Positions 37,098 to 43,702 of a DNA stretch of 43,702 nt are shown here, piece by piece; the first letter of the stretch is position 1; every line of letters starts with the position of its first letter. The notes beneath the pieces were generated by a model. The model saw only the letters and a program-made list of their open reading frames with translations, was not told the origin of the DNA and did no database searches. The stretch lies in the NCBI GenBank assembly GCA_964619455.1, contig CAZUDU010000001.1, forward strand, positions 1 to 43,702, in the 5' to 3' direction. This stretch comes from an uncultured Faecalibacterium sp. (GTDB lineage Bacteria; Bacillota; Clostridia; Oscillospirales; Ruminococcaceae). A program made the translations under genes and the position numbers.

Positions 37098-37799
37098 ATG
37101 ATCCGTGTACTTGTCGTAGAAGATGAGGCGAATATCCGGGAAATGATCGCACTGAACCTTCGCCTTGCCGGGATGGAGGCTGTGGAAGCGGAAAGCGCCG
37201 AGGCAGCCCTGCCGCTGCTGGAGCAGAAGCCGGGCTGTGATGCGGCGATTTTGGACATCATGCTGCCGGGGATGAACGGCTTTTCGCTCTGTGAGACCAT
37301 CCGCCGCACCGACCAGCAGATCGGCATCATCATGCTCAGTGCCAAGGGGCAGGAGCAGGATAAGATCCGGGGCCTGTCCATCGGCGCAGACGATTACATG
37401 ACCAAGCCGTTCAGCGTCAGCGAGCTGCTGGCGCGCGTGGAAGCGCTTTGCCGCCGTGTCATCCGCTCTTCCGGCGAGGAGCGGGAGGAGAATGCGCGGG
37501 GGATGCTGACCAGCGGCGATTTTGTGCTGGATGAGAACCGCCGCCTGCTGCTCAAGGCGGGGCAGCCCATTGAGCTGACGCAGGTGGAGTTCCAGATCAT
37601 GGAGCTGTTCTTCCACAACCCCGGGATCGCACTTGTGCGCGAAAAGATCCTGAAAGGGGTCTGGGGCGAGAACTACTTTGGCGATGTGAAGATCGTGGAT
37701 GTGAACATCCGCCGCCTGCGCATGAAGGTGGAGGATGAGCCGAGCCACCCGACCCACATCATGACGGTCTGGGGCTACGGCTACCGCTGGGAGGAATAA
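37098..37799 (+). CDS. OmpR/PhoB-family response regulator
   Basis: VLVVEDE, LDIMLPGMNG, GADDYMTKPFS, VDVNIRRLRMK, TVWGYGY. Confidence 0.95.
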   Translation: MIRVLVVEDEANIREMIALNLRLAGMEAVEAESAEAALPLLEQKPGCDAAILDIMLPGMNGFSLCETIRRTDQQIGIIMLSAKGQEQDKIRGLSIGADDYMTKPFSVSELLARVEALCRRVIRSSGEEREENARGMLTSGDFVLDENRRLLLKAGQPIELTQVEFQIMELFFHNPGIALVREKILKGVWGENYFGDVKIVDVNIRRLRMKVEDEPSHPTHIMTVWGYGYRWEE

Positions 37800-37860
37800 A
37801 CCGCGTACCGCCCGGAGCGCTTTCAGACACAGCGACGAGAGGGAAAGGAGGAAGACGACG

Positions 37861-39282
37861 ATGCGGAGCGGGATCACGCGGCGCTGGCTGCGCGGCAACC
37901 TTCTGATCATCGTGCTGCTGATCATCGTGGCAGAGGTGATGTTTGCCTACAGCTGCACCAAGGGCTATTACAACGGCGTGCAGCAGGCAATGTACCGCCG
38001 GTTTTCCTCGGTGAGCGGCCAGCTCAAGATGTACACCGGTGACACGGTGCAGAGCGCGGCGGCCAACCGGAGCCTTGCACTGCGCCGCATGGTGGAGCAG
38101 TTTTCCGATAAGGATAAATACGAATTCATCCTGCTGGACAGCTACGGTCATGTCATTGCGGCGTCCAGCGGAACGGATGCCGAGGGCATCCTCACAAGAG
38201 AGGACTTTGAGCACGCGCAGAATGCTTCAGACGGTCTGGGCGTGGCGGTCTACCGGACAGAATCCGGCGAGTGGGTCATGTCGGCCTGCTGCATCCTGCC
38301 GTATGCGGCAGAGGATGTGGCAGCGCTGCGGCTGGTCACCAGCCTGACCCTTGTGGAGGCACAGATCAAGAGCGTCATGATCGCCAGTGTAGTTCTGGCG
38401 GTGGTGGTGCTGGCAGTCGCGATATTGTCCGGTGTGTACTTTATCCGAAGCATCGTGGTGCCGCTGGGGCAGGTGGAGCGCACCGCGGCAAGCATCGCCT
38501 GCGGTGACTTTGACGTTCGGCTCCCCTTTGTGGGGGACGAGCGGGACGAGGTGGATCGCCTGCGCGGCACCATCAACCAGATGGCAGAAGGGCTGGGCGA
38601 GACCGAAAAGATGAAGAATGAGTTCATCAGTTCGGTATCCCATGAGCTGCGTACCCCGCTCACCTCCATCCGGGGCTGGGTAGAGACCCTGCGCACGCTG
38701 GATGACCCCAACGATGAGAACTATCGCAAGGGGCTGGAGATCATCAACAACGAGACCGGGCGGCTGTACAACATGGTGGAAGAGCTGCTGGACTTCAGCC
38801 GGGTGCAGAACGGGCGCATCCGGATGGAATGCTGTCCGCTGGATCTGGTCGCAGAGCTGACGGATGCCGTTCTCTTTACCGAGCCGCGCATCCGCAGCGA
38901 GGGGTTGATCCTTTCTTACACCGAGCCGGAGGAGATGATCCCGGTCTATGCAGACCCCAACCGCCTGCGGCAGGTGTTCATCAATGTGCTGGACAACGCC
39001 ATCAAGTACTCGGCACCCGGCGGGCGCATCACGGTCAAGCTGTGGGCAGGGGAATACAAAGCGTTCATCGAGATCCTCGATCAGGGGCGCGGAATCCCGC
39101 CGGAGGATCTGGAAAATGTCCGCACCAAGTTCTACAAGGGCAGCAACTCGGTGCGCGGCAGCGGCATCGGGCTGGCACTGGTGGATTCCATCATGACCGC
39201 GCTGGACGGCACGATGGACATCAAGAGCACCCTTGGGCGCGGTACGGTGGTCACATTGGGGCTGCCGATCTATCGGAAATAA
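37861..39282 (+). CDS. Membrane sensor histidine kinase (2 TM, HAMP, HisKA, HATPase)
   Basis: SHELRTPLTSI H-box, QVFINVLDNAIKY N-box, DQGRGI, GSGIGL. Confidence 0.95.
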   Translation: MRSGITRRWLRGNLLIIVLLIIVAEVMFAYSCTKGYYNGVQQAMYRRFSSVSGQLKMYTGDTVQSAAANRSLALRRMVEQFSDKDKYEFILLDSYGHVIAASSGTDAEGILTREDFEHAQNASDGLGVAVYRTESGEWVMSACCILPYAAEDVAALRLVTSLTLVEAQIKSVMIASVVLAVVVLAVAILSGVYFIRSIVVPLGQVERTAASIACGDFDVRLPFVGDERDEVDRLRGTINQMAEGLGETEKMKNEFISSVSHELRTPLTSIRGWVETLRTLDDPNDENYRKGLEIINNETGRLYNMVEELLDFSRVQNGRIRMECCPLDLVAELTDAVLFTEPRIRSEGLILSYTEPEEMIPVYADPNRLRQVFINVLDNAIKYSAPGGRITVKLWAGEYKAFIEILDQGRGIPPEDLENVRTKFYKGSNSVRGSGIGLALVDSIMTALDGTMDIKSTLGRGTVVTLGLPIYRK

Positions 39283-39354
39283 GCCGGACATAAGATTTTG
39301 TCACAATTGTGTGATACAATAGACCGAAAAAACAACAACAGGAGACTTTTTGGC

Positions 39355-40302
39355 ATGAATCGACCCAACAAGGAATGTTTTAAGACCAGTGTGGGCGGGC
39401 AGGCATTGATGGAAGGCATCATGATGCGCGGCCCCAAGCAGATCTGCTGTGCGGTGCGCAAGCCGGACGGCACCATCGAGACCAAGATCGACCCCACCCC
39501 GAACCACGGCGTATGGACTAAGATCCCGCTCGTGCGCGGTGCGATCTCGATGATCGAAAACCTGATCGTGGGCTACCGCTACATGATGTACTCGGCGCAG
39601 GTGAGCATGGGCGATGACTATGACCCGGAGGAGGAAGAGACCGCATTTGAAAAGTGGGTGGGCGAACATCTGGGCGAAAAGGCACAGGATCTGCTGCTGA
39701 TGGTGGCAGCGGTGCTGGGCGGCATGCTCGCCATCGTGCTGTTCACCGTGCTGCCCACTTTGCTGGTAGGCGGGCTGAATAAGCTCGTCCCGCTGGGGCG
39801 CTGGATCAAGGTGATCGTAGAAGCAGTGCTCAAGGTCGCGATCTTCCTTGCCTATATGGTCGGCATCTCCAAGATGAAGGAGATCCACCGCGTGTTTGAA
39901 TATCATGGTGCGGAGCACAAGACCATTGCCTGCTACGAGGCAGGCGACCCGCTCACGGTGGAGAATGTGCGCAAGTACACCCGTTTCCACCCCCGCTGCG
40001 GCACCAGCTTTCTGATCCTGGTGGTCATCGTCAGCGTCTTTTTGTACAGCGTGCTGCCGTGGGACAATGTGGGTCTGCGGGTCGTGTTCAAGCTGCTGCT
40101 GCTGCCGGTGGTCATGGGCGTGAGCTATGAGCTGCTCAAGTGGTGCGGCCGGTCGGACAACATCGCCACCCGCATCATCCGTCAGCCGGGCATCTGGGTG
40201 CAGCATTTGACCGTGTTCGAGCCGGATGACAGCATGATCGAGGTCGCCATCGCAGCCGTGACCCCCGTTCTGCCGCAGGACCCGGAGGAAGGCAAATGGT
40301 AA
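39355..40302 (+). CDS. DUF1385 (YqhQ-like) membrane protein
   Basis: VGGQALMEGIMMRGP, YHGAEHKTI, HPRCGTSF. Confidence 0.92.
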   Translation: MNRPNKECFKTSVGGQALMEGIMMRGPKQICCAVRKPDGTIETKIDPTPNHGVWTKIPLVRGAISMIENLIVGYRYMMYSAQVSMGDDYDPEEEETAFEKWVGEHLGEKAQDLLLMVAAVLGGMLAIVLFTVLPTLLVGGLNKLVPLGRWIKVIVEAVLKVAIFLAYMVGISKMKEIHRVFEYHGAEHKTIACYEAGDPLTVENVRKYTRFHPRCGTSFLILVVIVSVFLYSVLPWDNVGLRVVFKLLLLPVVMGVSYELLKWCGRSDNIATRIIRQPGIWVQHLTVFEPDDSMIEVAIAAVTPVLPQDPEEGKW

Positions 40303-41255
40303 CGGCAGGGCTGTCACCGCGTGAGGCGGTGCGTCTGGTCGAGCAGCGGCTGACCGCTGCGGGCTGCCCGGATGCGGATTATGACGCACGGGAGCTGTTC
40401 CGGCTTGCAGCCGGGCGGGATGCCCGTGTTTCGGATCGGGCACTGACGGAGCAGGAGGCGCAGGCGCTGGAAGCACTCTGTGCCCGCCGCGCGGCGCGGG
40501 AGCCGCTGCAATATCTGTGCGGCGTATGGAGCTTTCTGGACTTTGAGCTGGCAGTTGGTCCCGGGGTGCTCTGCCCGCGCGCAGATACCGAGGTGGTGGC
40601 AGAAGCCGCAGCCGGGATGCTGGCAGGTGTGACGGCGCCGAAGGTGCTGGATCTGTGTGCCGGAACCGGGTGTCTTGGGCTGGGCATCAAGCGCTTTTGC
40701 CCGGATGCGCAGGTGACCTGCGTGGAAAAAAGCCCGGAGGCCTTTGTCTATCTGGAAAAGAACGCCCGCCTTGCCCTGAAAGGGCAGGGCAGGAGCAGCG
40801 AGGATCTGCTGGAGCCTTCTCCCTTTGTGGCCCGGCAGGAGCCGATGTTCGACTGGGGCGGGCTGGCAGACGCGAAAAAGCGCGCCCCGGCAGTCACGGC
40901 GGTCGAAGGAGATCTGTTCACCTACTGGAAGACTCTGCCGGAGGGCGGGCTGGACCTGATCGTTTCCAATCCGCCGTATCTGACGGCGGACGAGATGCGT
41001 GAGCTTCAGCCGGAGGTCGCGCAGGAACCGGCGATGGCGCTGGAAGCCGGGGAGGACGGGCTGGTATTTTACCGTGCCCTTGCGGAACACTACCAGCAGG
41101 CGCTGCGCCCCGGCGGTGCACTGGCGCTGGAGATCGGCTGGCAGCAGCGGGAGTCCGTCTGCGCTCTGCTTGCAGAGAATGGCTGGGTGCAGATCGAATG
41201 CCGCAAGGATTTTGGCGGCAACGACCGCTGCATTCTGGCGCGCCGCCCCGAATAA
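40296..41255 (+). CDS. prmC: Release factor glutamine N5-methyltransferase
   Basis: EPLQYL, VLCPRADTE, LDLCAGTG, VSNPPY. Confidence 0.93.
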   Translation: MVTAGLSPREAVRLVEQRLTAAGCPDADYDARELFRLAAGRDARVSDRALTEQEAQALEALCARRAAREPLQYLCGVWSFLDFELAVGPGVLCPRADTEVVAEAAAGMLAGVTAPKVLDLCAGTGCLGLGIKRFCPDAQVTCVEKSPEAFVYLEKNARLALKGQGRSSEDLLEPSPFVARQEPMFDWGGLADAKKRAPAVTAVEGDLFTYWKTLPEGGLDLIVSNPPYLTADEMRELQPEVAQEPAMALEAGEDGLVFYRALAEHYQQALRPGGALALEIGWQQRESVCALLAENGWVQIECRKDFGGNDRCILARRPE

Positions 41256-41281
41256 TTCCTGAAAAACAGAACAACTTCTTG

Positions 41282-41309
41282 TTGTAAATTTTTTATTTTG
41301 TGCTATACT
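41282..41309 (+). promoter_or_regulatory. Probable recA promoter
   Basis: TTGTAA-16bp-TATACT with extended -10 TG. Confidence 0.6.
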
Positions 41310-41373
41310 AGGGGAGAAAGTACGAATCATCCCGCAACTCTGCGGGCAGAGAGGATAAAAGGAGCAGCAAGCT

Positions 41374-42555
41374 ATGGCAAAAAATCAGAACAACAACGTT
41401 GTCCCTGCGACCCAGAAGACCGACCCGAATGCAAAGAAGGACGCGCTGGCGACCGCGCTGGCGCAGATCGAAAAGCAGTTCGGCAAGGGTGCCGTCATGA
41501 AGCTGGGCGACAACACCTCGATGCAGGTGGATGCCATCTCCACTGGCAGTCTGGGGCTGGATCTGGCGCTGGGCGTGGGCGGTGTGCCGCGCGGGCGCAT
41601 CATCGAGGTCTACGGCCCGGAATCCAGCGGTAAGACCACGCTGGCGCTGCACGTTCTGGCAGAAGCCCAGAAGAAGGGCGGCGAGGTCGCGTTCATCGAC
41701 GTAGAGCACGCACTGGATCCGGTGTACGCATCGGCACTGGGTGTGGACATCAACAGCCTGCTGGTCAGCCAGCCGGATACCGGTGAGCAGGCAATGGAGA
41801 TCTGCGAGGCGCTGGTGCGTTCGGGCGCGATCGATGCCATCGTTGTGGACTCGGTCGCTGCAATGGTCCCCCGTGCTGAGATCGAGGGTGAGATGGGCGA
41901 CAGCCATGTGGGTCTGCAGGCGCGTCTGATGAGTCAGGCGATGCGCAAGCTGACCAGCGTCATCGGCAAGACCAACACGGTCTGCATCTTTATCAACCAG
42001 CTGCGTGAGAAGGTCGGTGTGATGTACGGCAACCCGGAGGTCACCACCGGCGGCCGTGCACTGAAGTATTATTCCTCGGTGCGCATCGATATCCGCCGCG
42101 TGGAAGGTCTGAAGGACTCCTCCGGTCAGTTCATCGGCAACCATACCCGCGCTAAGGTGGTCAAGAACAAGGTGGCGCCTCCCTTCCGTGAGGCAGAGTT
42201 CGATATCATGTTCGGTGAGGGCATCTCCAAGATGAGCGAGCTGGTGGATGTGGGCGTGAAGCTGGGCATCGTCCAGAAGAGCGGTGCATGGTTCAACTAC
42301 GGCGATATCCGTCTGGGTCAGGGCCGCGACAACGCAAAGCAGTTCCTCAAGGATAACCCGGAGATCGCAGACGACATCGAAGGGCAGATCCGCGCAAACG
42401 CCGACAAGCTCTACGCCATCCGCAAGCCTGCCGGCAAGACCGCTGCGGCAGAAAAGGATGCACCTGCCAAGGACGCAAAGGAAGCCAAGGAGCCGGTGGT
42501 CAAGGCACCGACCCACAGCAGCGAGAGCGAGCTGGATATCATGGTGGAGGACTAA
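41374..42555 (+). CDS. recA: Recombinase RecA
   Basis: [46 protein letters not shown]. Confidence 0.98.
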   Translation: MAKNQNNNVVPATQKTDPNAKKDALATALAQIEKQFGKGAVMKLGDNTSMQVDAISTGSLGLDLALGVGGVPRGRIIEVYGPESSGKTTLALHVLAEAQKKGGEVAFIDVEHALDPVYASALGVDINSLLVSQPDTGEQAMEICEALVRSGAIDAIVVDSVAAMVPRAEIEGEMGDSHVGLQARLMSQAMRKLTSVIGKTNTVCIFINQLREKVGVMYGNPEVTTGGRALKYYSSVRIDIRRVEGLKDSSGQFIGNHTRAKVVKNKVAPPFREAEFDIMFGEGISKMSELVDVGVKLGIVQKSGAWFNYGDIRLGQGRDNAKQFLKDNPEIADDIEGQIRANADKLYAIRKPAGKTAAAEKDAPAKDAKEAKEPVVKAPTHSSESELDIMVED

Positions 42556-43068
42556 ATGTCCTTCTATAAAAAATACCGCGCAAAGCCGGAAGAAGAAAAG
42601 TGTGCAGACCCCGCCAAGGCGCGTGCCCGTGCAGTGGAGATCCTCTGTGCAAGAGAGATCTCGTCCGGGCAGCTGTACGACCGGCTGTGCACCGGGTTTA
42701 CCGAACAGGCGGCCGCCTTTGCCGTGGCAGAGATGGTCGGGCTGGACTATGTGAACGATGACCGCTACGCTGAAGCCCGTGCACACGGGCTGCTGGCGGC
42801 GCGCAAGAGCCGCCGCGCGGCAGTGCAGGATCTGCGCCGGAAAGGGCTGAGCGCCCAGCAGGTCGCACAGGCCGTGGAGACGGTCTATGCACCGGACGAG
42901 GAGGGAGAAAGCCCGGAGCTGGAAGCTGCCGCTGCGCTGGTGCGCAGCCGCTACCGCACAAAACTCGCGTCCGGCAGGCGGGATCTTGTGGTGGCTGCCC
43001 TGATGCGCCGCGGTTTTGCCTACCCCATCGTAAAAGAAGCCGTGCGGCGGGTGGAAGAAGAATTGTGA
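42556..43068 (+). CDS. recX: Regulatory protein RecX
   Basis: Directly follows recA; YVNDDRYA, LRRKGL, ALMRRGF motifs. Confidence 0.85.
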   Translation: MSFYKKYRAKPEEEKCADPAKARARAVEILCAREISSGQLYDRLCTGFTEQAAAFAVAEMVGLDYVNDDRYAEARAHGLLAARKSRRAAVQDLRRKGLSAQQVAQAVETVYAPDEEGESPELEAAAALVRSRYRTKLASGRRDLVVAALMRRGFAYPIVKEAVRRVEEEL

Positions 43069-43125
43069 ATAAAAGCGCTTCTCCCGAAAAATCACCCCTG
43101 AAAAAGAAAGAGAGTATTGTTCCAT

Positions 43126-43702
43126 ATGAAAATTGCGTGTATCTCCCTTGGCTGTCCCAAGAATCAGGTCGATCTGGACGTGATGGTGCACAGCCTTTTG
43201 TCCGCCGGTCATGAGACGGTGGCGCAGCTTGAGGAAGCGGATGTGGTGCTGGTGAATACCTGCGGCTTCATCGAGAGCGCAAAGACCGAAGCGATCGAGA
43301 ATATTCTGGAGGCGTGCTCCTACAAGCAGGCAAACCCGGAGCTGAAGGTCATTGTGACCGGCTGCCTTGCCGAGCGCTACCGCAGCCAGATCAAGGAGGA
43401 GATCCCGGAGGTGGATGCCGTGGTCGGCTGCGCTTCCAACAAGGTCATCGACTCCATCGTGGCGCGTGTCACCGGCGGCGAGACTCCGCTGGAAAGCTAC
43501 GGCCCCAAGCGGGAGTTCCCGCTGGGCGGCAAGCGCGTCATCGGCACCCCTGCCCACTATGCGTACTTAAAGATCGCAGAAGGCTGCAACAACCGCTGCC
43601 ACTACTGCGCCATCCCCGGCATCCGCGGCCCGCTGCACAGCCGTGAGCTGGAGGACTGCGTTGCCGAGGCGCGCTGGCTGGCGGGCGAAGGGGTCAAGGA
43701 GC
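43126..43702 (+). CDS. rimO: Ribosomal protein S12 methylthiotransferase RimO (5' part; runs off the window)
   Basis: Translated by hand: MKIACISLGCPKNQVD…VNTCGFIESAKTE…VTGCLAERY…AYLKIAEGCNNRCHYCAIP (radical SAM CxxxCxxC). Confidence 0.93.
   Translation, partial: MKIACISLGCPKNQVDLDVMVHSLLSAGHETVAQLEEADVVLVNTCGFIESAKTEAIENILEACSYKQANPELKVIVTGCLAERYRSQIKEEIPEVDAVVGCASNKVIDSIVARVTGGETPLESYGPKREFPLGGKRVIGTPAHYAYLKIAEGCNNRCHYCAIPGIRGPLHSRELEDCVAEARWLAGEGVKE

Noticed and set aside
562-43557. Many long antisense or alternate-frame ORFs (e.g. 562-2640, 7831-9294, 10679-12100, 17246-18862, 41308-43557)
   Set aside because: They overlap well-supported genes and show no recognisable motifs. Such shadow ORFs are expected from strong GC3 codon bias.
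1-43702. CRISPR arrays, tRNA/rRNA genes, IS elements, prophage or defence genes
   Set aside because: No spaced direct repeats, cloverleafs, or transposase, integrase or phage motifs were seen. Nearly all sequence is accounted for by housekeeping genes.

Overview
This is a GC-rich core-chromosome segment from a Clostridia-class firmicute. Gene order and protein sequences suggest Oscillospiraceae, probably Faecalibacterium-like (inference). The centre (19.7-35.6 kb) is the S10-spc-secY-adk-map cluster followed by infA-rpmJ-rpsM-rpsK-rpsD-rpoA-rplQ. The left flank holds a LysR regulator divergent from an exported flavinylated FAD oxidoreductase, udk, a C39-like peptidase, a Cof HAD hydrolase, cardiolipin synthase, a double zinc-ribbon protein, ackA/tmcAL, an orphan GltD-like Fe-S flavoprotein, a DUF1538 plus tandem P-II pair, yitT and DUF1858-trmK-nif3-rqcH. 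The right flank holds an FG-GAP-like lipoprotein with an OmpR-family two-component system, DUF1385, prmC, recA, recX and a partial rimO. I found no mobile elements, CRISPR arrays, tRNA or rRNA genes. The best leads are the non-fumarate-type extracytosolic flavin reductase, the DUF1538/P-II module, several long structured 5' leaders (zinc-ribbon gene, rpsJ, infA, rpsM) and a recurrent 17-bp TTGTG-N7-CACAA-like palindrome upstream of three promoters. All family assignments come from motif recognition, not database searches.
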